Source of the DNA: an uncultured Porphyromonadaceae bacterium
GTDB taxonomy: Bacteria > Bacteroidota > Bacteroidia > Bacteroidales > Muribaculaceae
Direction: 5' to 3'
Assembly (NCBI GenBank): GCA_947175695.1
Contig: CAMWNT010000002.1
Location: forward strand, 2,127-66,126
DNA: 64,000 bases
The notes under the pieces were generated by a model. It did not search any database and had not been told where the DNA came from. It saw nothing but the letters and a program-made list of their open reading frames with translations. The translations under genes and the position numbers were made by a program. Every line of letters begins with the position of its first letter. Position 1 is the first letter of the stretch. Positions 27,617-38,242 of this stretch are shown here, one piece after another.

Positions 27617-29932
27617 ATGAATACTTCTGCTCATAAACTATTCGTAACTTCAGGCTCTCTACTCGCACTGATGCTCGCTTCGCTCCCGCTCGCAGCCCAA
27701 CAAAGCGAGCCGGAACTGACCGACGCACAGATCGATTCGCTCCAAAACGCAGCCTACGGCAATGTGACAAATCTCGAAGAGCTCGTGGTTGCCGCCAAAT
27801 CTCCAATGATCAAGGTGTCGAATCAGTCGATCACTTATGATGTCGAAGAAGACCCCTCTTCGGCCGGACAGACTGTACTCGACATGCTTCGAAAAGTGCC
27901 ACTCGTTGCCGTCGACGGCAACGACAACATCACCGTCAAAGGCTCCGGAGGAGTCAAAATCTACGTCAACGGCAAGCCCGAACCGATGCTGACCAATAAC
28001 GCCGCCATGATTCTCAAGGCAATGCCCGCGGAGAGCGTCGCCAAAATCGAGCTCATCACAGATCCAGGCGCAAAATACGATGCCGAAGGGGGCGGAAGCA
28101 TCATCAACCTCGTCACCGAACGCCGACAGAAGACCACAGGCTACAACGGCAATCTGACCGCTTCGGTCAGCAATCAATATGCCAACGCCGGAGCCCGAAT
28201 CTCATCGAAATTCAACGATTTCACGGTTCAGGCCGGAGTCAACTACATGAAAACCTTTCCCGGCACAATGAACGGCGAGACTCAGGAAGATACTTGGTAT
28301 CTCAACGATGCCGACAATCACCATCTGACACATTTCAGCAAAAGTCCCCGTAAAAACAATTTCTTCATGGCCGACCTCGGCATGTCGTGGGATATATCAA
28401 CCGACGACCTGCTGACTGTCAGCGCCAACTTCATGAACGCAGGCGGGAAAGTCGGCACAACCGACGGCATGACCCAAATGTATAATCAACAGGGGGATCT
28501 GCAATGGCAGTATACGATGGACAACGACATCGACCTCGAAATACTGTCGACTACGGCCAATGTCGCATATCAACACCTCTTCTCGAGGCCCGACAATTTC
28601 ATCTCGGCTTCATATCAGTTTAATTTCGGAACCACTCGCCTGCCGATCGCACGCACATACGGGGATTGCTTCAACTTCTACCCCGACCGACTGCATGAAT
28701 ACTCCACCAACAACAACTATACTCGCGAGCACACACTGCAGATCGATTACTCCAACACCCTCTCCCCACACGCCCGCATCGAAGTCGGAGGCAAAGGGAT
28801 CTTCCGTCGCAACGCCGCCGATTCCGACACCAAAGGGAGCAGCGACCTTATCCTCGACGCTCCCATCCCCGAGCTCTCGATCAATATCAGCCAGCCACAG
28901 GATATCTACGCCCTCTACGCTCTATACACCGCCACCTACGGACCGATCTCGGCGACCGCCGGCGCACGCTACGAACACACACGCATGGGTATCGACGACC
29001 GTATCGATCCGGCTCGCAATCTGATGCGTCACCTCAACGACATTGTGCCCGAAGCATCGATCGCCTACAATTTCTCTCCCATGCACTCGATCGCGGCGAA
29101 GTATTATATGAAAATCTCACGCCCGTCGATTCAGCAACTTAACCCTTTTATGCTGAGTCTGAACAACGTCAGTGTGCAGAAAGGCAATCCCGACCTCACC
29201 TCCGAACGCATCAACAAAGTGTCGCTGAGCTACACCAACTTCGGACGCGCCATCGGCGGAACGCTCTCGCTCGACTTCACCCATTCGGGCAACGCCATCT
29301 CTCAGTTCAGCTATCTCGACGGCTATCAGGTCGTGACGACCTACGCCAATATCGGTCGGAATCAATCGGCCGCTCTCAACGCCTTCCTGATGTGGAACGC
29401 TACGGCCAAACTGCGCTTCACTCTCAACGGCACTGCCGCATGGAAATCGCTGCGCGCCGACGCCTCGCACATCGACGGTCGCGAAGTCTCGCTCTCCAAC
29501 TCCGGATGGACAGGATCGGCCACTTTCTCCGCCGACTGGACCCTCCCGGCCCGCTTCCAAATCTCCGGCTACGCAGGATGGAACGGCAAGGATGTCACTC
29601 TCCAGGGCTCTTCGGCCGATTTCCATTACTACGGACTCAGCATCGCACGCTCATTCCTTCGCGACGACGCTCTGAAACTGACTCTTAGCGGCCGCAATAT
29701 GTTTGAGCGCTGGATGACATTCACCAACTCCACCTCCACTCCCGACGTGATGACCCGATCCACCTACCGCCACCCGGCATTCAACATTTCGCTGACCGCG
29801 ACATGGAACTTCGGCCACACCGGCATCCGGGTCAAAGGGGTCAACCGCGGAATCACCAACGACGACGTGTCGCGCACATCCAACGGCGGCGCCGGAGGAG
29901 CTACAGGTGCGGCCGGAGGAGCCGGAATCTGA
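27617..29932 (+). CDS. TonB-dependent receptor-like outer-membrane beta-barrel (plug plus OMP_b-brl_3 type)
   Basis: Signal peptide, LEELVV, DMLRKVP, IYVNGKP, IELITDPGAKYDAEG, RPSIQQLNPF, GNPDL. Confidence 0.85.
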   Translation: MNTSAHKLFVTSGSLLALMLASLPLAAQQSEPELTDAQIDSLQNAAYGNVTNLEELVVAAKSPMIKVSNQSITYDVEEDPSSAGQTVLDMLRKVPLVAVDGNDNITVKGSGGVKIYVNGKPEPMLTNNAAMILKAMPAESVAKIELITDPGAKYDAEGGGSIINLVTERRQKTTGYNGNLTASVSNQYANAGARISSKFNDFTVQAGVNYMKTFPGTMNGETQEDTWYLNDADNHHLTHFSKSPRKNNFFMADLGMSWDISTDDLLTVSANFMNAGGKVGTTDGMTQMYNQQGDLQWQYTMDNDIDLEILSTTANVAYQHLFSRPDNFISASYQFNFGTTRLPIARTYGDCFNFYPDRLHEYSTNNNYTREHTLQIDYSNTLSPHARIEVGGKGIFRRNAADSDTKGSSDLILDAPIPELSINISQPQDIYALYALYTATYGPISATAGARYEHTRMGIDDRIDPARNLMRHLNDIVPEASIAYNFSPMHSIAAKYYMKISRPSIQQLNPFMLSLNNVSVQKGNPDLTSERINKVSLSYTNFGRAIGGTLSLDFTHSGNAISQFSYLDGYQVVTTYANIGRNQSAALNAFLMWNATAKLRFTLNGTAAWKSLRADASHIDGREVSLSNSGWTGSATFSADWTLPARFQISGYAGWNGKDVTLQGSSADFHYYGLSIARSFLRDDALKLTLSGRNMFERWMTFTNSTSTPDVMTRSTYRHPAFNISLTATWNFGHTGIRVKGVNRGITNDDVSRTSNGGAGGATGAAGGAGI

Positions 29933-29974
29933 TCAATACGTTCCGATCCCGCTTCGACGCCGTCAAAACGATAC

Positions 29975-30020
29975 ATTCGCGTCTATCCATCGCGCAATAT
30001 AGCGATAGATAGACGCGAAT
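29975..30020. terminator. 19-bp stem-loop after the barrel gene
   Basis: ATTCGCGTCTATCCATCGC/GCGATAGATAGACGCGAAT, one mismatch. Confidence 0.55.
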
Positions 30021-30022
30021 AA

Positions 30023-30053
30023 TTTGATATGTGGCGGGAAATTATTAATTTCG
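30023..30053 (+). promoter_or_regulatory. ftsY promoter
   Basis: TTTG-N19-TAATTTCG. Confidence 0.6.
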
Positions 30054-30080
30054 CATTCTAATTAGTTTTATATTTTAAAT

Positions 30081-31049
<969 letters not shown>

Positions 31050-31062
31050 TCCAACTCAGCAT

Positions 31063-31260
31063 TAAGAGAGTGTTTGGATTTAACTTTCATTCACTCAAAG
31101 AGGATTTTTCGAGGGATTTTCGTTCGGATTCGAGGGAGCAATTGCAAATTGTGACCGATGAATTCGGACGAAAAGCACCGAAAAAGACCTTTGAGTGGAT
31201 GAAAAGATTCACTCTCGCGCGTCAGTATTTTTAATCGGGTTAAATTCAAACACTCTCTAA
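31063..31260. mobile_element. Non-autonomous MITE-like fold-back element, about 198 bp
   Basis: 20-bp terminal inverted repeats AGAGAGTGTTTGRATTTAAC, nested internal inverted repeats, no ORF, partial copies at 1603, 8881, 16147/16181 and 24745. Confidence 0.75.
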
Positions 31261-31268
31261 ATCTAAAC

Positions 31269-32585
31269 GTGAGTTACGTAAAGAATAGAATCGACGTCAT
31301 TTCCATGGGGTGTTCCAAAAACCTTGTGGATTCCGAACGTCTGCTCCGTCGCCTCGAAGCGAAAGGCTACACTACCGTCCATGACTCCGACAAGCCGCAA
31401 GGCGAGTGGGTCATGGTCAACACCTGTGGCTTTATCGGCGACGCAAAAGAGGAATCGATCAATCTCATCCTCCAGCTCGCCGACGCGCAGCGCAACGGCG
31501 AGATCGGAAATATCGCCGTCATGGGATGCCTTTCCGAACGATACCTCGCCGAACTGAAAGAGGAAATCCCGGAAGTAGCCAAGTGGTATGGCAAGTTCAA
31601 CTGGAATCTCTTCATCGACGACCTCCCCGACCGCGCCGCCGACAGCGATTCCGCGCCCAGAGTGTGGGAACGCGATCTCACCACTCCCCCCTACTCGGCC
31701 TATCTCAAGATATCGGAAGGTTGCAACCGCTTCTGCGCCTTCTGCGCCATTCCTCTCATCACCGGTCGCCATAAATCGCGCCCGATCGAGGAAATCCTCG
31801 ATGAAGTGCGCGATCTGACCGCGAAAGGGGTCAAGGAATTCAATGTCATAGCCCAAGACCTGTCGTCTTACGGACTCGATCTCTATGGCGACCACCGGCT
31901 CGCGCAGCTCATCGACGCAATCTCCCGAATCGAAGGAGTGGAATGGATCCGACTGCATTACGCCTATCCGGCCGATTTCCCGATGGATCTGCTCGACGTC
32001 ATGCGCGAACGCCCCAATGTCTGCAAATATCTTGACATCGCTCTGCAGCATATAGCCGATCCTGTATTGACCAACATGCGCCGACATATCACGGCGGCCG
32101 AGACGATCTCACTGCTCGACGAGATCCGCCGCAGAGTGCCGGGCATCCGAATCCGCACGACCCTGATGACCGGATTCCCCGGCGAAGGAGAGAAGGAATT
32201 CGAAGAACTGCTCGAATTCGTGCGCACTCAGCGCTTCGACCGCATGGGAGCCTTTGCCTATTGCGAAGAAGACGACACCTGGAGCGCGCGCCATCTCGAA
32301 GATTCAATTCCCGAGGAGGTGAAGCAAAGCCGACTCGATCGACTCATGGCTGTGCAGGAAGAAATCGCGCTGCAACTCAACGAAGAACTTGTCGGCCGAC
32401 GGCTTCGAGTGCTCGTCGAGCGTCATGAGGAGGGCAATTCGATCGGCAGATCGCAGTATGACTCCCCCGAAGTCGATCCGGAGATCATCATCACCGGCGT
32501 CGAGCTCCCGATCGGCGAATTCGCCGAAGTCGAGATCACCGAAGCCCTCCCCTTCGAGCTGATCGGCCGCCACGTGCAAGACTGA
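31269..32585 (+). CDS. rimO: Ribosomal protein S12 methylthiotransferase
   Basis: SMGCSKNLVDSE, NTCGFI, CNRFCAFC, RLHYAYP, DSPEVD, TRAM domain. Confidence 0.96.
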   Translation: MSYVKNRIDVISMGCSKNLVDSERLLRRLEAKGYTTVHDSDKPQGEWVMVNTCGFIGDAKEESINLILQLADAQRNGEIGNIAVMGCLSERYLAELKEEIPEVAKWYGKFNWNLFIDDLPDRAADSDSAPRVWERDLTTPPYSAYLKISEGCNRFCAFCAIPLITGRHKSRPIEEILDEVRDLTAKGVKEFNVIAQDLSSYGLDLYGDHRLAQLIDAISRIEGVEWIRLHYAYPADFPMDLLDVMRERPNVCKYLDIALQHIADPVLTNMRRHITAAETISLLDEIRRRVPGIRIRTTLMTGFPGEGEKEFEELLEFVRTQRFDRMGAFAYCEEDDTWSARHLEDSIPEEVKQSRLDRLMAVQEEIALQLNEELVGRRLRVLVERHEEGNSIGRSQYDSPEVDPEIIITGVELPIGEFAEVEITEALPFELIGRHVQD

Positions 32586-32615
32586 TCCGCGATCCTCATT
32601 TAAAGATTGAGTCTA

Positions 32616-32745
32616 AAGATCAAGTCAAGGTCAACTCTCCGACAAAGAGTATAAGATCACGTCAAGGTCAACTCTCCGACAAAGAGTATAAGATCACGTC
32701 AAGGTCAACTCTCCGACAGAGAGTGAAAGATCAAGTCAAGGTCAA
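32616..32745. repeat. 37-bp tandem repeat, 3.5 copies
   Basis: AAGATCAMGTCAAGGTCAACTCTCCGACARAGAGTRW starting at 32616, 32653, 32690 and 32727 (partial). Confidence 0.92.
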
Positions 32746-32763
32746 AGATTACATTCAAATTCG

Positions 32764-33849
32764 ATGAATCTATTCAAATTGCGGTTTCCGCGATCGTTTG
32801 CCATTCCGGCGATCGATGGCGCCTCGGAGGCGCTCACATTTTTCGACAAGAAAGCTACGCCCTGTGAAGGAGATGATGTCGCGGGATTCATCTTTTCTGA
32901 TTTCTCTCTCAATCCCTCAATCCTCCAAATCCCGGCCGACACTGACTTTCTCCCCGAGCAAGAAGCGCTGCAATGCATGCGCGACAACGACATCGCCGCC
33001 GGCCTGACCACTCCGCTGCCCAAATCGTCCACCACCCGCGAACGGCATATCCGCTATGTCGACTCTCTGCGCCGCCTGATCGAAGAGATCGAAGCGCAAA
33101 AGGGGGTCGACTCAAAGATCATCGCCGCCCGATCCGACATACGCGACTGCTCGCTCTCGCCGCTCGAAATTTTCAATCGGCTTGACCACCGCTATCCCGA
33201 CGCATGCATATTCCTCTTCTCGACTCCGCTCAGCGGCACATGGATAGGCGCGACCCCCGAACTGCTGCTCCGCGCCGACGCCGACCGCATCTCGACCGTG
33301 GCACTCGCCGGAACTCGCCCGGCCGAATCCCAAGGCCCATGGGATGCCAAGAACATCGAAGAGCAAAGGATCGTCACCGACTTTATCCTCGGCACACTCC
33401 GCGACAAAGGCTATGACGACTGCCGGGCCGGCCGACCGACGACTTTCAGAGCCGGGCCGGTGGAACACCTGTCGACTTCTATCGAAGCTCCATTCGGGGG
33501 CAGCATCGCCGACATCGCCGACCTCCTCGCGACACTGTCACCCACCCCCGCTCTGAGTGGCTATCCCCGACCGGAAGCCATAGCGGCAATAACATCAGGC
33601 GAAGACTATCGGCGCGAAAACTACGGCGGATTCATCGGCTATCTCTTCTCGCGGCAGGCTCCGAATGCCGACGACTCGCGCCAATGTCGCGCATTGGCAT
33701 TCGCCAATCTCCGAAGCGCGCGCATCGACACGGCGGCCCGAAAAATCCGACTGTTCGCCGGAGGCGGAATCACCCGCCATTCAATAGCCGAAGAAGAATG
33801 GACAGAGACCGAACGCAAGCTCGCCACACTCCGCTCGATTCTGACATAA
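32764..33849 (+). CDS. menF: Isochorismate synthase (chorismate-binding enzyme)
   Basis: WIGATPELL, ALAGT, KNIEEQRIV, PTPALSGYP, YGGFIG, FAGGGI, ETERK. Confidence 0.85.
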   Translation: MNLFKLRFPRSFAIPAIDGASEALTFFDKKATPCEGDDVAGFIFSDFSLNPSILQIPADTDFLPEQEALQCMRDNDIAAGLTTPLPKSSTTRERHIRYVDSLRRLIEEIEAQKGVDSKIIAARSDIRDCSLSPLEIFNRLDHRYPDACIFLFSTPLSGTWIGATPELLLRADADRISTVALAGTRPAESQGPWDAKNIEEQRIVTDFILGTLRDKGYDDCRAGRPTTFRAGPVEHLSTSIEAPFGGSIADIADLLATLSPTPALSGYPRPEAIAAITSGEDYRRENYGGFIGYLFSRQAPNADDSRQCRALAFANLRSARIDTAARKIRLFAGGGITRHSIAEEEWTETERKLATLRSILT

Positions 33850-33971
33850 ATCAATTCCATCCGACAGCGCCCCACTCCATTATCGACCGACACGCCGCAG
33901 CCGCCGACATGGATCAAGGCCTACATTGACCAACGGATAACAGCTATTGATACAAAATCACTTCGTTTTCT

Positions 33972-34024
33972 TATTGAATTACGATATTTTTTCTTGGTTT
34001 AACAAAATTTCTTTCTTAACTTCG
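33972..34024 (+). promoter_or_regulatory. Promoter and candidate operator of the DUF2975-HTH operon
   Basis: CTTG-N20-TAACTTCG; imperfect palindrome TATTG-N5-CGATA at 33972-33986. Confidence 0.45.
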
Positions 34025-34085
34025 CATTAGAAACGGGACAATTCAACCCGACTGAACTTATAAACGGTTTCTTAGTAATTTCCAT

Positions 34086-34748
34086 ATGACCAACAAGACA
34101 TCGATTTATATTCTTTCGATACTCGTGCTCATTGTGCTCGGGCTGTCGGTGATTCTCCCTTCACATCAGCTCATCAAAATGAGCTGGGAAGGATTCTCCG
34201 TCGGCTTCGAGTCCGGCTGGACCGGTAAAGACAACATGATCGACGGCACACTTCTTCCCCTCAAATTCACGCCGACCACCCAGACGATGATCCATCCGAC
34301 AGACTCGATCATCTTCGACGACGGTATGAAAGTGCCGATCGTGGTCGACAGTGTCGCGGTGCTTGTGCCCGATGCAAAACTACCCTCCTGGACAATCTGG
34401 ACAATGCTGATCACTCCCCTCCAGTTTTGCCTGCTTGCCATAATCCTCTGGAAATTTCTCAGATTCATCCTCAACGTCTCGAAATCGAGGATATTTGTCG
34501 ACCAGAATGTGCGCTATCTCCGTCAGATTTCATTCGCCCTGATCGCAATAGCTTTCGTACAGCTCATCGGAGGCCTCTTGCAAGACTATCTATTCGGACT
34601 CTTCTCATTCGCGGGCGAAGGCTACGACATATCCGCCCTATGGGATTTCCCATGGAGCAACCTGCTGATCGGCGTCGTCGCTCTGCTCCTCGCCCAAGTC
34701 TGGGCCTACGGAATCAAAATCAAACAGGATCAGGAACTCACAATATAA
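34086..34748 (+). CDS. DUF2975 membrane protein
   Basis: Four TM segments, IFVDQNVRYLR, C-terminal GIKIKQDQELTI. Confidence 0.88.
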   Translation: MTNKTSIYILSILVLIVLGLSVILPSHQLIKMSWEGFSVGFESGWTGKDNMIDGTLLPLKFTPTTQTMIHPTDSIIFDDGMKVPIVVDSVAVLVPDAKLPSWTIWTMLITPLQFCLLAIILWKFLRFILNVSKSRIFVDQNVRYLRQISFALIAIAFVQLIGGLLQDYLFGLFSFAGEGYDISALWDFPWSNLLIGVVALLLAQVWAYGIKIKQDQELTI

Positions 34749-34764
34749 CTCTCACCCCGCCGAC

Positions 34765-34971
34765 ATGCCAATAATAGTAAATCTCGACGTGATGATGGCC
34801 AAAAGAAAGATGAGCCTTGGCGAGCTTTCCGAACGAATGGGTATCACCCCCTCCAACCTCTCGATACTCAAGACCGGAAAAGCCAAAGCAATACGCTTCT
34901 CTACTCTTGAAAGCATCTGCTCTATTCTCGATTGCCAACCCGCCGATATACTCGAATATCGAGCCGAGTGA
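34765..34971 (+). CDS. XRE/Cro HTH regulator (YozG-like)
   Basis: IIVNLDVMMAKRKM...NLSILKTGKAKAIRFSTL...CQPADIL. Confidence 0.93.
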   Translation: MPIIVNLDVMMAKRKMSLGELSERMGITPSNLSILKTGKAKAIRFSTLESICSILDCQPADILEYRAE

Positions 34972-35149
34972 TTCCAAGCGACAGCGGAGCGCGGATCAAC
35001 CCCCCTTCCGAATCATGCCAATGCGATCTCCCTCCATTCATTCAAAAATTCGCTTTGACTGACCGAACGTTGAAACCCGCCCCCTAATCCTCGATCAGCC
35101 CGGGCAATTACGACATATCCGAACAATTCTACTTTAAACGATAACTTAT

Positions 35150-37195
35150 ATGAGCACAACAAAAACCATTCTGTTCTGCGCCGCAGCGGCAGTGGCTCTT
35201 TCAGCTTCTGCCGAAGAACACCTCAAAAGCCTCAGCGCCGCAGGAATCAGCTCCGAAATCCCCGCAAAGGAAGATTTCTATCGTCACGTCAATCAGAGTT
35301 GGATGGACGCCAACCCCTTGACGCCCGAACACTCCCGCTACGGACAGTTCAACATCCTCGACGATTCGAGCCGCAACCGCGTGCGCCGCATCATCGCCAA
35401 CCTCGATCAAACCAACCCGCAGCCCGGCACAGTGGCATATAAACTCGCGGCTCTCTATCACACCGGCATGGACTCCATACGTCGAAATCAGCTCGGTGCG
35501 GAGCCGATCAAGCCGGTGCTCAAAAAAATCAACGACACCCCCGACGCCAATATGGACGATCTCCTTATCTTCATGCATAAGGAATATTCCGCGCCCTTCT
35601 TCAGCGCCGGACTCCAGGAAGACCTCAACAACTCGGCTCAGTATGCAATGTATGTCGGTGCGGGCGGACGCACTCTCGGCGACCGCGACTACTATCTCTC
35701 CAAATCGCCCGAAAACAAAAAGATCCGCGAGGCCTACACCAATCTGATCAAAAAAGAGATGCAACTCGCCGGATTCTCCAAATCCGAGGCATCCAGAATC
35801 GCCAAGAACGTGCTTAAGATCGAGACAGCTCTCGCCGATTCAGCCTGGACCCGCGAGCAGAGCCGCAATCTCAACGCAATGAATAATGTGCGCGACCTCG
35901 AATGGCTCAAAAATGAATATCCTCATCTCCCCTGGGACCGCTTCTTCGTGGAGTCGATGGGAATCCCCGCAACGCCCGATTCTTTCATCGTCACTGAGAT
36001 CAACTCCGTCAAGCAGGCCGACAATCTCTACGCTTCGCTCAAGCCGCGCGAGATCAAAGACTATTACCTCTGGGAGATCGTCAACGGCGCATCCTCCTAT
36101 CTGAGCGACGACTTCGCTCAGGCCGACTTCGAATTCACAAAGATCATGAGCGGCGTCGAAGAAATGCAGCCCAGATGGAAGCGCGTGCAGGGCGCCACTG
36201 AAGGACGCCTCGGCGAAGCTGTCGGACAGCTCTATGTCGAGCAGTATTTTCCCGAATCCTCAAAAATCTATATGGAAGGACTCGTCGAAAACCTCCGCAC
36301 CGCACTCGGCAAGCATATCATCAACCTTCCCTGGATGAGCGACGACACCAAACTGCAGGCGATCAAAAAGCTCAACGCGATCACCGTCAAGATCGGCTAT
36401 CCCGACAAGTGGAAAGACTATTCCACAATGAATATCGATCCTGCGCTCTCTTATTATGAGAATATCCACAATGCCAACCTCTGGATCAACGACGAGTATA
36501 ACGCCAAATGGGGCAAACCCGTCGACCGCTCCGAATGGGGCATGACTCCGCAGACCATCAACGCCTACTACAACCCGCTCAACAACGAGATCGTATTCCC
36601 CGCCGGAATCCTCCAGGCTCCCTTCTATGATCCCGCTTCGAGCGACGCCGAAAACTATGGCGGCATCGGCGTTGTGATCGGCCATGAGCTTACCCACGGA
36701 TTCGACGACCAGGGATGCAACTTCGACGCTGTCGGCAACATGGTCAACTGGTGGACTCCGGAAGACGCACAGGCATTCGCCGAAATGACACAGGGCCTCG
36801 CATCGCAGTTTGACCAGGTGGAAGTGCTTCCCGGCCTCATGGCAAACGGCTCCTACACATTGGGCGAAAACATTGCCGACCAGGGCGGTCTGCGTGTAGC
36901 AATGACCGCATTCCTCGACTCCCAGAAGAAAAAGGGTGTCGACGTCGCTTCTGAAGAAGCTCTGATCGACGGATTGGATCCGATCCGGGTGTTCTACATG
37001 AACTATGCCAACCTCTGGGCCCAGAATGTACGCGATGCCGAAAAGCGCCGTCTGACAACAATCGACGTGCACTCCCTTGGCGAAAACCGCGTCAATGTCA
37101 CTCTCAAAAACATCGCGCCCTTCTTCAAGGCGTTTGATATCAAAGAGGGCGACAAAATGTTCCGTCCCGAATCCGAACGAATCGTAATCTGGTAA
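35150..37195 (+). CDS. pepO: M13 metalloendopeptidase (PepO/neprilysin family)
   Basis: DFYRHVN, INAYYNP, VIGHELTHGFD, GENIAD. Confidence 0.93.
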   Translation: MSTTKTILFCAAAAVALSASAEEHLKSLSAAGISSEIPAKEDFYRHVNQSWMDANPLTPEHSRYGQFNILDDSSRNRVRRIIANLDQTNPQPGTVAYKLAALYHTGMDSIRRNQLGAEPIKPVLKKINDTPDANMDDLLIFMHKEYSAPFFSAGLQEDLNNSAQYAMYVGAGGRTLGDRDYYLSKSPENKKIREAYTNLIKKEMQLAGFSKSEASRIAKNVLKIETALADSAWTREQSRNLNAMNNVRDLEWLKNEYPHLPWDRFFVESMGIPATPDSFIVTEINSVKQADNLYASLKPREIKDYYLWEIVNGASSYLSDDFAQADFEFTKIMSGVEEMQPRWKRVQGATEGRLGEAVGQLYVEQYFPESSKIYMEGLVENLRTALGKHIINLPWMSDDTKLQAIKKLNAITVKIGYPDKWKDYSTMNIDPALSYYENIHNANLWINDEYNAKWGKPVDRSEWGMTPQTINAYYNPLNNEIVFPAGILQAPFYDPASSDAENYGGIGVVIGHELTHGFDDQGCNFDAVGNMVNWWTPEDAQAFAEMTQGLASQFDQVEVLPGLMANGSYTLGENIADQGGLRVAMTAFLDSQKKKGVDVASEEALIDGLDPIRVFYMNYANLWAQNVRDAEKRRLTTIDVHSLGENRVNVTLKNIAPFFKAFDIKEGDKMFRPESERIVIW

Positions 37196-37222
37196 TCCGA
37201 ACCCTTCTAATCCGAACCCTTC
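37193..37222. repeat. Perfect 15-bp tandem duplication starting at the stop codon
   Basis: TAATCCGAACCCTTC twice. Confidence 0.85.
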
Positions 37223-37237
37223 GACACTCGAAAAAAC

Positions 37238-37278
37238 AGCGCGGCCCCGGCTCGATCCGGAGGCCGCGCTCTCTTTTT
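37238..37278 (+). terminator. Intrinsic terminator after pepO
   Basis: AGCGCGGCC...GGCCGCGCT followed by CTCTTTTT. Confidence 0.7.
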
Positions 37279-37414
37279 AACACACCTGAATTAAAAAAAT
37301 CCGGGATTTTGTTTCCATATGATTTAAGGAATTATTAATTTTGCATCAGCAATCCGACGACACTCAGTGTCGCGGACGGCAAAAATGTGTCTCAACACGA
37401 ATAAATCTCTTGAC

Positions 37415-38230
37415 ATGCCCTGGAAAATAGAGGGTCTTCTTGAAAGAATCGGCCTCAACAACAAAACTCCGCGCGTCGGCGTCGCCTTCTCCGGAGGAGG
37501 AGCCAAAGGCTTCACCCATATCGGCGCCATGATGGCGTTCGAGACATTCGGGGTGAAGCCCGGCATCGTATCCGGCGTGTCCGCCGGCTCGATAGCCGCT
37601 GTGCTCTTCGCCGCAGGGCTCACTCCCAAAGAAATCATCGACTGCTTCAAGGCTTACGATCATTTCGGCGATTTCACCCAGCTGACACTTCCGAAAGCCG
37701 GATTCTTCAAAATCGACAAATTCGGAAAACTGCTCGAATCTTGGCTTCCTGTCAGCAATCTCGAAGAGCTGAAGATCCCGGCCGTTGTATGCGCCACAGA
37801 TATCGACGCCGGCAAATCGGTCGGATGGTCGAAGGGTGAGATTGTGCCCAGAGTGCTCGCTTCATGCAGCATCCCGATCATCTTTCAGCCCGTCAACATC
37901 AATGGTGTCAACTATGTCGACGGCGGTGTGCTCCGCAATCTGCCCGCATGGGCGATACGCAAACATTGCCGCACTCTCTACGGCCTCAACTGCGCTCCCC
38001 TCAACCGACATTACAAATACAAGCATTCGCTCGTCGACATCACGCTGCGCACCTACAGCCTGATGTCTAAAGCCAACACCCTTCAGGATCTTAATCTCTG
38101 CGACTATGTGGTGCGCACTCCCGGCAATGCACAGTTTGGCACTTTCGAGATATCCGCTCTCGAAAAAGCCGTCAAAGCCGGATATGAGGCCACCTGCAAA
38201 GTGCTGGAAGAAGCTCTTAACAACAAGTAG
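37415..38230 (+). CDS. Patatin-like phospholipase
   Basis: GGGAKG, GVSAG, DGG; start reassigned to ATG 37415; -7 element TAATTTTG at 37336. Confidence 0.9.
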   Translation: MPWKIEGLLERIGLNNKTPRVGVAFSGGGAKGFTHIGAMMAFETFGVKPGIVSGVSAGSIAAVLFAAGLTPKEIIDCFKAYDHFGDFTQLTLPKAGFFKIDKFGKLLESWLPVSNLEELKIPAVVCATDIDAGKSVGWSKGEIVPRVLASCSIPIIFQPVNINGVNYVDGGVLRNLPAWAIRKHCRTLYGLNCAPLNRHYKYKHSLVDITLRTYSLMSKANTLQDLNLCDYVVRTPGNAQFGTFEISALEKAVKAGYEATCKVLEEALNNK

Positions 38231-38242
38231 TTGACTATAACA

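Noticed and set aside
32616-32745. 37-bp repeat as a CRISPR array
   Set aside because: The units are contiguous with no unique spacers, and there are no cas genes in the window.
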